64,000 bases of DNA from Lophium mytilinum. Lineage: Eukaryota. How positions within the stretch are numbered: position 1 is the stretch's first letter; the number at the start of each line of letters is the position of its first letter. The notes under the pieces are model-generated. The model was not told where the DNA came from. It did not search any database and was given only the letters and a program-made list of their open reading frames with translations. This document shows, piece after piece, positions 48,783 to 61,425 of this stretch. Made by a program: the position numbers and the translations under genes. Location: assembly GCA_010093605.1 (NCBI GenBank), contig MU004187.1:1850882-1914881 (forward strand), read 5' to 3'.

Positions 48783-51700
48783 TTAGAAGGCAAGCAAGCC
48801 CCTCATGGTCCAGAGAGTGGCTTCAATCTTTTCGATGGGCCAATTTCCTTCGATAGCGACAGCAATAGCCTGTTTTTGGTCTCTGGAGAGCAACAAGAAC
48901 CGTTCGCACAGATCTCCGTCTACCACACCCTTCACAGGCGAGTAGTATCCACGGTAGGCGAGATGGTCGCGCCCTGCAAGCGGCTTGTCTTCTTTGCGCA
49001 TAGCGAGTTCTAGCTCCTGAAACATCGCCAGGTCCTTGCGACGGCCGAAAGGAACGAGGACACCCAAGGTACCCTGGAGCCCTGCCCAGAAAATGACATC
49101 TTCACCTCCGGGAGTAAGAGGAGTTTTCTGGACGGCCATTGGTATGTCCTGCGTGAAGTAATGCATCAACAACTCGAAACGGTTCGGTGTACCACCCAGG
49201 TAGCCTTTCTGTAGTAGATGTATGCCTTCCCCTTCTTCGTCTGCACTTGTCGAAACATCCTGTGGGCATCGAAGCATCCAGATATTTCCGAATTTGTCAC
49301 CTCCAATGGTCGTCTCGTAGTCGGTCATTCCGGAGCACGTAGTATATCGAGCAATAGAATCGTCAACAAACGGGATCAATCGATTGCTCTGTTCCTTGTG
49401 GACGACGTATGTCAAGCTCTCGCGCTGATCTGCACAGACGATGCGACTTCCTTGAGTGTGAAGCTGCATGATACACGTCGGTGTTGCTTTTTCCAACAAG
49501 CTTTTACGCAGCAGCTGCTTCATGCCCATGTCGTAGAGGGCCAAGTCTGACCCGAGACCGACAGCTAACACTCCTTTGAAGGCAAGCAATGCGAGAGGGA
49601 GCTTTGGAAGCTTTGTTTTGTGTACTAGCTCGAGTGACTGCCCGTTTTCTAGAAGTCGGTAGATCCGGATGAAGTTCTCAGGCGTTGTATCCGGCCATCC
49701 GATATTTTTTCCTGTCCCCACTGCGAGGAAAGTCTCGGATTGACGGCTGTCGAACGGAACCATGGCTATGCTGATAGCTGCTTCATTGTTATCCAATTCA
49801 ATTGACTTGAGCACAGCCTTGCCTTCGACTGGATCAACGATCTCTATGCATGAGGACCAGTGCAGCTCAGAGTAGGGATATCCAAAATTCTCTGGAGGGA
49901 GCTTGGCTTCGTCATCTTCCTCTTTTAGTGCGCCGTTTTCTTTGACACCCTCGCCGGATTTGTTTCTGGCGTTCTCAATAAGTTGCTGTCGCAATACCGG
50001 TGCCAATGTGTGGTTCTCACGCTCGATGACGTAAAATAGCGAGTTGTGAGACACAAATCGATGCGGCGTATAAGTTAGGGGTATTGAATCCTGAGTGAAG
50101 TTGCTCCGGATTTCGTCGATTGCAAAAATTCTAAGACGTCAGCAAGGTGCTATAGAGAGAGGCAAACGAGAGAAGTGTATGGATAACAGTATCAGAAGGA
50201 ACAATTGGAATTTTTGATATATCCTCATAAAGAATAGGAATTGTAAAAATCATCATGGAGTAGGTGTGGTGGTGCCGCGAACAAAAGAGGAATATTTACC
50301 GAAGTTCATCCTCATGAATGCCGATCATCCCCTTGAATTGAGAGCTGCTGAAGGTCCAAGCAGATTCGAGAGGCAGATAACTAATCGGTGTGAGAGCCAG
50401 GCTGTTGTTATTGGGATTTGAATAGCCAAGCCATGGCCTGGAGGTGAGGATGAGAATTGCGTTTTCGTTCTTGACTACGCATGGTACGATCTTCACAGGC
50501 TTGTGCCCCAAAAACTTTTTCCGAATCTCACTCATAGTTCCATCAAGCTCATCCAGAGCAGTGCGGATATATATCCCGGATGTCAAGCCGACGTGAAGAT
50601 AAAGGGTGGACCCCTTGCTTGACCGGTCTTTCATTGACATAATGGCGAGAGAGCAGGGTGGCGATGAAGTGAGCTGGATGGATTGCTGCTTCAATCGTTG
50701 ACCGGTCCTAGGGTCAGGCACCAAAGAAAGAATTTGGATTGCCTGATCATCAGTACCCACAGCGAGCAAGTCGGATCGTACTCGGCCTTCAGGAATCTGT
50801 CCAAGACCGAGACAAAGGATTGTACCGTCCATCTTCGACTCATCGGTGCTCTTGGCAAGAGCTCCATCGGAGTCGCACTCGAAATAGTAAATCTCACCGG
50901 AGCTCAACGCAATCGCTACCTGTCTGTTATTGGTTGCGCAAGTGGTGATTGTTCTATGTTGAGGAGCATGCCAATCCGAAGCTACCTTGTTGGAATTAAT
51001 ATGGCGGATGCCTCGTGCATGGATTTGGAGCAAGTTATCTGGCCCCCACTGCTGAACCGCGAGAGTGGTAGTCTCTTTCATGAATCCACTGTCTGTCACT
51101 TCCTCAACATCCTCGCCAATGCTGAGAACAAGGGTCATAGAAACTAACGACAGCACGATATAGGAGTCGTGCTCATCGTCCACCGTCATCTTCGTTGTCC
51201 AGACAGCTGACGCGGATTGGGGCAACTGAGACTCCACAAGATCCAGGACCGCTAAGCTATTTCTTACAGTCTTGAGAGAACTGCGGGCGCCAGTGCCACA
51301 AAGTGTGTAAATTTGCGGCGCGTCCTCATTCGACAGATTTACGACCTTGGCTGCCATGATTGGGTTCAAGTCCTGCATAGTTTCAACAGGGTTTAGGTTC
51401 CGTAGAGGACGAGGCTGAAAAAATGCAGGCGAGGCGTGCACAGCAGGATCGGCTGGGTAGTCGTCACTGTCGAACCACGGATCGTCGTCATCGTCGCCGA
51501 GTGCCTCGAGTTCGTACAAGATACGACTCCCGTTTTCGCATGCGACAAATAAAAATCCTGATCGGAGCAGACAGAGGCTGGAAGCAACGGGCACAGTGTC
51601 GAAGTACTTGATTTTGAGTCTCTTCACCGCGCCGTTGGGGTTGTTTTTAGCATCTTGCAGTTCCAATGCCACCTTGAACAAGTCGCCGTCCTCTGTCTGG

Positions 51701-52775
51701 AGCAGGTAGAAGAACCCGCCACCCTTGATGGAATACATAGTTCCTGCGACAATCTGTCGACGGCGCTTCGGATCCTCTGTAGCTCCTAAACGGCGCGGAA
51801 TGACAACGCGGAAAGCATCCTGATTCATGTGACGATAGGTGATGTTGTCTACTCCACACACGAGCGCTCCACTTGGGCCACTCACTCCACCGGGAACTCG
51901 GAAGAGGATGTGAGATGTTCGGTCTACCGTGTCAGCCCACAAGCGCACAACGTGGTTGAGACCTAGGTCAAGCTGATAGTAGACCAGCTGCTTCTCATAC
52001 TCCTCGTATGCTACGCCGGTAGGGTCCTGTTCGGACTCTGAGTAGTCGACCTCCAGAGCCGCGAAGACAGGATTTTCGTAGCCGACATCTAAGCCTAGCA
52101 ACGCGTAAACAAGTGTCTGGGGCTTGTGCGCTTCGAGTGGCGACGAGATTGTATAATCCTGTGGTGGCACGCGGTTCAGGATCCACACAAGTTTGTTCTT
52201 CTCGACAGATGCAAGCATACATGCTCTGCCCTTTGGATCGGTCACAAGGTATTGTCCAGGAATGACGCGCCGAACCCCGGATTTGCCAAAGGTTTCAAGA
52301 TGGATCTGTTCGAATTTCTTCTTATCGTGATCGTATTCGAGTGCCACGACACGACCAGAATCGGAGGAAACAATGATGAAATCTATGGGTAGTCAGTACA
52401 GAGTGTCCTTGTAATACGTTCGAAGCGCGATCGAGATGTAATGCACAAGGCGGCGTTGTTGCTGCTCGGCGTACTTCCAAGGTCATCGAATGCGCCTTGT
52501 ATGAATGTATATGCGCGGATCTGCGTACCTTTCTTGGCCCCTGTAGGACGATAACTCGCTATTCCTCGGATAATTCCGAATATGTCGTGCGTGTGGTGAA
52601 TGATGAATCCGTTTTGGAGACGGGACACCTCGAAGATTGTAAGAATCGACCCATTCGCCGACAAGATCTGCTGTCTACCTAAGCCAGCAAAGTCTCCCGC
52701 TATGGCCTGAGTAGTTGCCGATGGTGGCGACAGCGTCAGTGAGTACATGCACAGTGAAGACAGGACGCTCGCCAT
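48783..52775 (-). CDS. RSE1: Pre-mRNA splicing factor RSE1 / SF3B3 (U2 snRNP), divergent
   Basis: [70 protein letters not shown] and [23 protein letters not shown]. Two introns. Confidence 0.93.
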
Positions 52776-53560
52776 GATGGACGGCGGTGGGCGCTGGCCC
52801 AGCGAAAGGACTGGAGAAAAGAGAGCAGCCGCAGCAAGACAGAATATGCCTACCTCGCCTGGCGCGGAGGGAGGATCTCTGTCTTCGCCTAGGTTGAGGC
52901 AGCGAAGGAGAGGTGGCCAGGAGGTGAAGCGGTGGAGGGGAGGTGGGGAGGTAGTTAGGCAAGCTCACCGAAGCTCGTCGTAAATAAAATCCGCGAGGTC
53001 GCTAGTCTTGCCGCTAGGCTGCTTTAGTAACTGCTAGAATACCCCTGGCGTCCTCGTCACGTCGTCGGTTTTCGGAGGTCTAGACGATGAATGTATCGCT
53101 CGACTATTCTAACCAGAGCTGTGCTTTTAACAGACCAGATGTCAAAGCGAAGATGCTGCAGTATGAGCGCAATAGGCTCTCTGTAGTGAGGTATTCCTAC
53201 CCCGGAAGCGCGATACTACTCCATCACTCTTCGATGCATGTTACACACATTTACTAATTTTTCGGTGTCATTCTGGCTGCTCACGACTTCCAGAAGTAGC
53301 TCCTCTAGATCGCCCATCAAGCCAACAGCCTAGGATGCCGTGACTGACATCTCCGGACTTCTAAACAGCCATCAAAGTACTTTGAGGCCATCGAGTACTT
53401 TGAGGGAAGGCAAAAGAAAGCGTAGATTTTGGTGGATCACGACAACTTCGTAGAGTCACACCCACTCCCTTTCCCTTACTTTTCAATTCTATCTATTTCC
53501 GTGTATTGTAAGCCGCCACTTTGATAGGCTCTATAATAGAATACTCCTGAAAATACTACC

Positions 53561-53904
53561 ATGATCGTTGACCATTGGGACCATCCGCTCCAACCAGACA
53601 AAGACTTCCGAGTGGAAATCGCGAACGACGTGATACGTTACACTCCGCACCTCCTTCGAGGTTGTGCCCTTCTTTGCTTGAGCACCATCATTCCGACGAA
53701 GAGATCGTTTGAAAAGCGATGAAGCATGGCGTTTATCTCACAGAAAAGATATTGAAGGAGCGCACAGCAACAGAACTAGCCAAAACTGAACTGCCTATCT
53801 TGGAAAAGGCGGGTTACAAGTCTCTGACATTTGGCCATATAGCAGCGGATCTTCGAGCGGAACTCAAACTTCAGCTCGAATGCGATGAGGATGATGATGA
53901 TTAG
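53561..53904 (+). CDS. Small hypothetical protein (putative two-exon)
   Basis: MIVDHWDHP...LLR, a possible intron at about 53661-53716, then AMKHGVYL...DEDDDD*. No family recognised. Confidence 0.35.
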
Positions 53905-54132
53905 GTTGACAATGAGACGGGGTCCGAAAACAAGACGGAGTAAGATAGTCAGATAAAGTAACTGCCTGGCGTACTCGACTCATCAACAGCTTTTGAACAG
54001 CTCGCACTTTCATTTGTAGTAGGAGTTTGTCACTTTCCCCGTATGCTTGTCTCAATTGGATAATTGAGATCAATGGCGGCTTCAGGTAGAAATGATTAGC
54101 CCACGGCACAATTGATTTAAGGTCTCTTTGCA

Positions 54133-54582
54133 TCATGAACCTTCCCGGTACTCCACAACCACCTCCCTATCCCCTCTTAACACCAATACCGTCCTCCTCA
54201 TTTTCCTTGCCTCTATATTCGCAATGGCCTTTTTAAATGCCTTCATCCCCTCTTTCGTCCAAAAGAGCAACGGTACAGCCCTCTTTTCCCTTCGCTTCAC
54301 CCGGTTGATCAGCGTCCGGTACTTCCTCCTCCTTTTCTCATCTTGGAAAAGCAGCTTGACCCCTCGTTGTACAAGAATCTGGCGACTCCGCATCGGCGAC
54401 TTCGGTGTTGGAAGGATTGGCGGTCCGAGTTCTAGCGGGGGAGCTACATACGGCTCAAAGGTATGGCGGCAGGTTTTGCAATGCCAGTCGAAGCATGGTC
54501 CGACTAGTCTCAAGGGGGGCTTCCTAGTTGGGTCGGGTCTCCAGGTTGCTTCGAAAATGTGGCAGGTCTTTTGCTTCCGCAT
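54133..54582 (-). CDS. Hypothetical basic protein with CxxC
   Basis: 149-aa ORF containing WHCKTCRHTF and an R/K-rich helix. The start is uncertain. Confidence 0.4.
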   Translation of the reverse strand: MRKQKTCHIFEATWRPDPTRKPPLRLVGPCFDWHCKTCRHTFEPYVAPPLELGPPILPTPKSPMRSRQILVQRGVKLLFQDEKRRRKYRTLINRVKRREKRAVPLLFWTKEGMKAFKKAIANIEARKMRRTVLVLRGDREVVVEYREGS

Positions 54583-55181
54583 CTTAAAGGAGTGTTATGG
54601 TAATGTGCTGGACTCTTCACAACCTGGCTACTGCGCGTACGCAAAATTCGCATAGGGGGCATGATATCGTGGGCAAGCAACATGAAGCGTCAATGCTATT
54701 GTTGCTTGTTTTTATGTCTTTGTGGCTCCCATAGGCGACTCTTTGTTCTTACCCTGTGAGTGTGAGACCGTCTCGTTGCCTAGCGGCAACGTTGGGATGG
54801 GGACCCGTTCTTCGCGAGACATATACACAAACAAAGGATCAATGAACGAGCCAAAGGTTTCCAAGGGGACAAAGAAGCCCAGATCTCTCACCGCGACTCT
54901 ATGTCTAAGGCATGTGCATTCGCGTCAAACTAGAGGATCTTAGATCATTTTTGCGCGCCTTCTATATGTATGATGAGTGAAGACTATATGCTAACAATTG
55001 GACATATAATGGCCTTCTACATATCGAATTAACAAGATTGACGGAGACACACTAGTAATATGATCTGAAGCTCGGATTGAAAATGACGAGAATGACCTTA
55101 CAGGAAACTGACGCTGAATGCTCACCAGTATACCAAGAACCAATAACCAAAGAGCCCGTAGTCTACGCTGAGAATGATCGC

Positions 55182-56708
55182 CTAGTCACCTCCTAGCCAT
55201 GCATAGGCATCGCTATACATGTCGAGTTGTGCTTGTGCGGCCTCTGAGATCTGCTGAAGTGACGAGAGAAGATTATCGCAAATCTCAGATGTGCACTTTG
55301 AGAAATCGTCTACAAGCTTGTTGTCATCATACACGTTCGACATCATACTCAAGGTTCCGGGCGCATTGCTAAGCCGCTTCTCTAAGACTTCCGTTCGAGT
55401 TTCGGGTTTTACGTCTTGGGCAGTGATCTTGCGAGCTCGAATCCAGGCTTTTTTAGATCTCATCACCGACTCAATTGCGAGGAAGTCAACATTTCCTAAG
55501 AAGCGGTCCATATCCCGGGATTCCCTATGTAGGATTTCTTGGAGTGTGGTGGTCGCAGTTTGACACATCTGAATACGCTCTGGAAGAGATCGATAATGCG
55601 AAGCTAGCAGCTCTTTCTGCGCAGCATGCGAGACCGTTAGATCAAGCAACTCGTCCAGCAGTTGAGTCTCTGCAGCTCGTTGTTCTTTCGAAATATCGCT
55701 GAGGATCTCGCTCGCACATTCGTCGAAGTTCTGCTTGCTGAATCGACGCTTCTCTTCCAAAAGTCGTTCAAGTTCGTCCTCGTTCTGCACAATCTTTGCG
55801 GCGTGCATACGACTTCTAATAAGCTTCTTACGATGTGCAATGCGCCCCTGCATTTTTGCGAGCTTATCTTGCAAAGCAACCCTGATAGCGTTCCTGTTCC
55901 ACTCGTGAGGCTGGATCTTCGAGGCCTGATCGGCGGAAATCGCATTGCTCCATGCAACAAGCTCATGCTGGAGCTCGTCATATGACAGCACTGTCTTTGC
56001 CAATGCAGTACTCTGGTCGAAACCGTTACTTGCGCTTGGTTGTTCTCCATCAACATTCCAAGCGACCGGTCGCCGAATGCTATCCAAAATGTCAAGTTTC
56101 TTCTCCGGTCGTGGACCCAGCCCTGCTCGGCAATTGTCCAATCCCTCGATGTTCATTCCGAGGCCAGAGGGCTTTATGAAGACTGGATCGGCCTCGAGAG
56201 TGTTGGAGATATTGTCAACCAAGAAAATGTACATATTGTTCAGACTCGCACAACTCGTTGCGCAGCTGAGGGTCTCGATGGCAGGATTGTATTCTGGTGA
56301 CCATTGGACTTTGCTCATCTCCTCTTGACATAGTTGCTCCAGCCAAAGCTTGATATCCGGACAATCGTCGTCGGGGATGTTGGTGATGAAAGCCAGATCT
56401 GCAGACTTCGTATATGGCATACTGGAACTTGAGTCCGTGGAGGAAACGAAGCTTTCATCAGAGTCGCTATAGTTCTCATTGCCACCATCGTCACTATCAT
56501 CGAGCCCCCTCAAATAGGATTTGACGAGCTCTCTAGTGAGTGGAGGAGGATATGGAGGAGGAGATGAAGGAGGAGACGGAAGCGGCGACCCAAACCGGGC
56601 CCTGGGAAGCAGCATCAGTCGTGAACTCGTGAGGTCTGCTATTTGCCTTAAGAACAGCACCTGGATATCCAGAATGTAGATTAAGAAAGAACGTTTTGGA
56701 AGGTTCAT
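55182..56708 (-). CDS. Hypothetical coiled-coil protein
   Basis: 508-codon uninterrupted ORF with a Pro-rich/acidic N-terminus and a helical E/L/K/Q-rich C-terminus. The true start is possibly the Met near 56615. Confidence 0.7.
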   Translation of the reverse strand: MNLPKRSFLIYILDIQVLFLRQIADLTSSRLMLLPRARFGSPLPSPPSSPPPYPPPLTRELVKSYLRGLDDSDDGGNENYSDSDESFVSSTDSSSSMPYTKSADLAFITNIPDDDCPDIKLWLEQLCQEEMSKVQWSPEYNPAIETLSCATSCASLNNMYIFLVDNISNTLEADPVFIKPSGLGMNIEGLDNCRAGLGPRPEKKLDILDSIRRPVAWNVDGEQPSASNGFDQSTALAKTVLSYDELQHELVAWSNAISADQASKIQPHEWNRNAIRVALQDKLAKMQGRIAHRKKLIRSRMHAAKIVQNEDELERLLEEKRRFSKQNFDECASEILSDISKEQRAAETQLLDELLDLTVSHAAQKELLASHYRSLPERIQMCQTATTTLQEILHRESRDMDRFLGNVDFLAIESVMRSKKAWIRARKITAQDVKPETRTEVLEKRLSNAPGTLSMMSNVYDDNKLVDDFSKCTSEICDNLLSSLQQISEAAQAQLDMYSDAYAWLGGD

Positions 56709-57463
56709 TCATACAGGAGACCTATAAATTCGTACAAGTAGTCTCCCCTGTCCTGACGTGGGTTTTTCCCTACGTGTGCCCATAGAGTACACGAAGCTCA
56801 TAGTGGTTATTGACGGGGAAGAGCGAGGGACATAAGAACACGTGCTGATGGGAGACCACGTCGAAGTATTGGTAAGAAACATATTGGGTTACGATACCGA
56901 GGTTAACACGTGGGGTGGATGAGCATAAGACCTCGCTGTGATAATGAAAGTCATCACCGCCTAGGGGATGCCTCAATCGATGGAGACTAATTTGACAATT
57001 GCACCGTGTGAGATTGAAACGGCTGGAGATTTATGCCATGAGTACGATAACGAAGATGCAGTGATTGGATACACAAAAGAAAACCATTCAAATACTTCCC
57101 ATAGGCTCAGATGAGAGAAGGTAAATACTTCTGGGATTATCATCGAAGTGTCCGCTGATCCGCAAAACAAATTTAGACGAATTGAATCCATGATAAAGGA
57201 TGTGATGGTCGAGCGAGAGAAGTGTAAACATTATGGAGAAGGTTGAGGAGTCCCGAGTTGGAGCTCCCCGTTGAGGGTGTGGTTGCCCAGGTTGCACCGC
57301 CACAACGAAGATGTGGCGTGCAGATCTTTCGCTTCTGCCACGTGACAGGTGCCAAGGCCCACACATCGCGGCAGTTTTCCACGATGTCGAAGCGCTGCAC
57401 CTCCGCTCTTCGCAACGCCAACGACAAAGCAGCCACGAACGGACGTCTAGAGAGCTGCCCATC

Positions 57464-58543
57464 ATGGTAATGATCCTACGATTACCGCGACAAAACGTTT
57501 TGCTAATCTAGCACAGTCTCTCGTAACCGGAGAGAAGTCGAACTTCCAGTTCATCATTCGATTGGTACGTCTTCAAGCCATCGCCTTTGGTCTCGAGACC
57601 ACGGGCAATACTCTGGAAATATGCAGCAACTAACTCACCTGAATAGCTCAACACCAATGTGTACGTATCCCGATGCATTTCTCCGAGTTATCGATCCCGC
57701 AGTGCGCCACTTCCTTGGACCCGCCCTCGTCAGGCCCTTCGCACACCTGGCACATCTGATGGCAACTGGAGCTCACGATCAGCGGAATCTACGGCTGGGA
57801 CTACGGTGGTGAAAAGTTGCAGAAGCCTAGGCTAAAGTTTTGAGCTCGGATTTGAATTGGGGATGGAAATCTGTCAGATGTGCGAAGGGCCTGCATACAA
57901 GTCGACTTGTGTCCTACCGTCTCCCGGACATACGAAACGCCCTGGATAGCCTCTGGAAATACGATGCTGACATCTGGATCAGTGACGGAAAGCAGAAGGT
58001 CATGTACGCTTTGACCAAGATAAAGGGTGTTGGACGGAGATACAGCAACTTGGTCTGCAAGAAGGCCGATGTGGATCTTTCCAAGAGGGTACGGAATAAT
58101 TGGCACTTGGGCAATGAAGAGCACGGCTGACAGTTTTGCGACAGGCTGGTGATCTTACCAGCGAAGAGTTGGAGCGCATCGTCACAATCATCCAGTAAGA
58201 CTTGTCTCGCAAAGATTGCCTCGATTGGTCTAACAATTCCACAGGAACCCAACCCAGTACAAGATCCCCGAGTGGTTCCTGAACAGACAGCGCGACATTG
58301 TTGATGGCAAGAACAGCCAAGTCCTTGCCAACGGCGTGGACTCTAAGCTTCGTGAGGATTTGGAGGTGAGTAGTTTCGTATGAACCTACGGAGAAGAGCC
58401 ACTCTGACAATCAACAGCGTCTGAAGAAGATCCGCGCCCACCGCGGTCTACGACACTACTGGGGCCTCCGCGTCCGTGGACAGCACACGAAGACGACTGG
58501 CCGTCGCGGTCGGACCGTGGGTGTCTCCAAGAAGAAGGGTTAG
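57464..58543 (+). CDS. RPS18: 40S ribosomal protein S18 (uS13), 7 exons
   Basis: [62 protein letters not shown]...|[15 protein letters not shown]...|[41 protein letters not shown]. Confidence 0.97.
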
Positions 58544-59294
58544 GTCTGTGCTGGCATGCGGAGATGGCGTGGGGGACGTGGATTCTGGGGATGTGGGAGA
58601 AGTCCACTGGAATGTTGTTTGCATTACCTTGATTGGCTTTCCTTTACTCTTCATGCGGCTCTATTCGCCTGAGGCAAGGCCGAGGAGTAGGTCAACGGGG
58701 CTAAACCGGGGAGTCCAATACTGAAGCTTCAAAATCTGCATGTCCCCCAATTCCACTGATATTGACCCTGCTACGTGGCCTCCTAATCTCCGACCTACAT
58801 CTGTCACTGACCCAGAAGGATTGCTCGCGCTGGTCGTGCTTCGAAGGCCAAGAGCGTGATGATTCGGCTGCAGTGGTGGTCAACCACGTCACACCCCTGC
58901 ACCAGCGTCAACGACCATCGTATCCTCGAGAGAAGAGGAGGCTTCCAACACCGGGCCCGGGGCGGATGGTTCTCAACGTGTCTCCTGACATTAGCGGGCC
59001 GCACCGGACTTGTGGAGTATCCTCTTGACACCCTGCGTTTCACTCACTACCGTTTCCCCCTACTGCGAGAGTCTAGGGATTAAACACTGCAGCGGTCTCT
59101 TTTTCCCGCAAGTGTGGATTACTCCCACACCACCATACTCCCACACTCTGATCAGCCCTTCCGCTTCGATATAAGTCCCCCCACTCATCCGCCACGTTTC
59201 CCAGCGCCGCCCTCTCCCGCTCGCCCCGGGTTTTCTTTCTCTGTCTGTATATTACCATATTCCCTACACCAAAAGTCTTACAAGAGTCGTCAAC

Positions 59295-59888
59295 ATGATC
59301 AGAAACCCAAGCACACCCTCGCCCAAACCGTACATCCACCGTTCACGGTCCGCGACTTTCGACTCGCCGACCCGTCGGCCTTCAACATCGCCGTACTCGA
59401 AATCCTCTTCCCACCTCTTCGACTGCCCTACGAAACTTGCACCTTCAATCACCAGCTCCCGCGTTTTGATCCAGCAACTGACTCTCCCAACCCGGGCGAC
59501 TCAAACTCCCAGTCCCAGCCCGTCCAGTCCATCAACATGCAGCACGCTCTCCTCTGTGGCCGAGGCCTCCGACTCTGACGAGGAGCTCGAGTCCGATGTC
59601 GAAGCGCGGGCATACGTGATGGCACCATCGCCACCGCCTGCGTACGCCTCCTTGCCGCAGCCCCAGCGTCACCAGCGCGTGCGCGCGTTGCACGAGGACC
59701 CGGACAGCGAGTCCATCGACCCCTGGTTGGTGCGGGTGGTGCTGGACTTGTACGACGTCAGGCGGTACGACTGGACCATGATCGCGGAGCCAATCCAGCG
59801 GTTGTGGGGCATTAGCACGAATAGCGCTATTGTGCTAGCGATTTTGCAGCGGAACGGGAGGATTGTGAGGACAGCGTGGTGGGATTAG
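59295..59888 (+). CDS. Hypothetical protein: disordered S/P/T-rich N-terminus and small helical (HTH/Myb-like) C-terminal domain
   Basis: 197-aa ORF. The C-terminus IDPWLVRVVLDLYDVRRYDWTMIAEPIQRLWG...ILQRNGR looks folded. Confidence 0.65.
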   Translation: MIRNPSTPSPKPYIHRSRSATFDSPTRRPSTSPYSKSSSHLFDCPTKLAPSITSSRVLIQQLTLPTRATQTPSPSPSSPSTCSTLSSVAEASDSDEELESDVEARAYVMAPSPPPAYASLPQPQRHQRVRALHEDPDSESIDPWLVRVVLDLYDVRRYDWTMIAEPIQRLWGISTNSAIVLAILQRNGRIVRTAWWD

Positions 59889-61425
59889 ACTAAGACAGAC
59901 TGGAGGTGGCGTGAATATGCGGTGGTTGACAGGTGAGGATAGAAAGCGAGAGCGAGAACTGAGGATCTTTGGAGTTGGAAACGGAAAAGTTAAGCGCATA
60001 CATGGAGTATTTGTTACCTTCTCTTATGTCTTCTCCTGGTCTTACCTTGCTGGCATTTACGAAACTCATGAACAGCTTTGCATTCTTTTTGGTTTTCGTT
60101 TCTCCATGCTCTACTTTGTTCTTCCTGTCCTGCGTACATTTGCATTGGGGAGCTCCTCGATGCATTTTATCTCTACCCTCAACTCCCATATATGGCTTTT
60201 GTTTGTTCTTGTTTCCTTACGTACAATCCATGATGGGTGCCGGTTCATCCCCACGATTTTATGATACGATATCACGACTTACGAGCGAGTGTTTGAATGT
60301 ACATAGACATACGTTAATAAAAACTACTCTTCTGTCTACGCAACCTGCCTGACGTTATATACCATGCTTGTATCCCAGAACTTGAAATTTCGAGTTCCAA
60401 AGCAAGATTCTAAGGCATGTAAGTCCTGGTCAATCATGCATCCGTCAGCTGCCTCTGTCTGTGCAGACCAACAGCCATATCACACCAGACCATCGCCCAA
60501 AGCATCGCAACGACGACAGAGACCCTACCTTGAAGCTTCTGGAGTTCACACAGTGGGTCAAGACTGACATCAACCCAGACCCTTCCCTGCCTCACCACCA
60601 CCAACACGACCCACCCACCGGTCGCGACCCCGACCTCGCTCCAGCACCACGTCCATCCACCGGAGAAAACTCGCCCGTCAACAGATCTACCTAACCCAGA
60701 GCCAGCATCGTGGGGGATATTCACCCTGCATAACTTCGGCGGGCGACCAGCCGCGCCGTGTCCGAAACCGTTGAGACCTGCAGCTCGGCCCGCAGTCAGT
60801 CTCGATCAATAATCGGATTCATTCGAGATGAAGGAATCCGTGAAGTCGGAGTCTTTGGCGCTAGTGTTGGTCGCACTTCGTCGCCCCGTGAGCTGGCAGC
60901 GTCTGACTGGCTGCTGCTGGACCCTGTAACCGCACTCGCGGGTTGATTGGAGTGACTTGCGTTTGTTTCGGTTGGAGGGTTTAAAGATATTTTGAGGTGA
61001 GACTTCGTGGTGCCAGTCGTCGGGAGGGGAGGGGGGTGGCGGAATGGCGTGCTTTGGTAAGTGGTGGGGAAAGGGTAGGGATGTATTGGGGTTTCAGAGA
61101 CGGGTTATTGGGCTTGGAGCTGAGGTGTTCTAGATTGTCGAGGGAAGAGAGTGAAAAAGCAAAGCGCAGAAGAGGCAATATAGGTGTACTTCTGTGTGAT
61201 CTAAGAAGTGGCAGTATGCTATATGATGGATGATCAGGCTTCGCCAAATGCACAATGAAATCGCTGACTTCGCAACAGTAGAATCTCGTCGAGGTCATGA
61301 ATCATTATCATTTTGATTGGGCTGAGGTGTATTCACTTCCGCCTTAGCCTTCAAATACACGCCCCTTTTTCAATACCAGGCTGACAGGCACCTCGTTGGT
61401 GCAGCCTCTCGAGCAATGCTCACGC

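Noticed and set aside
60808..61105. About 97-codon open frame on the minus strand without an ATG (…PFRHPLPPDDWHHEVSPQNIFK…)
   Set aside because: It has no start codon, clear splice acceptor or recognisable domain. It may be SDO1 downstream sequence.
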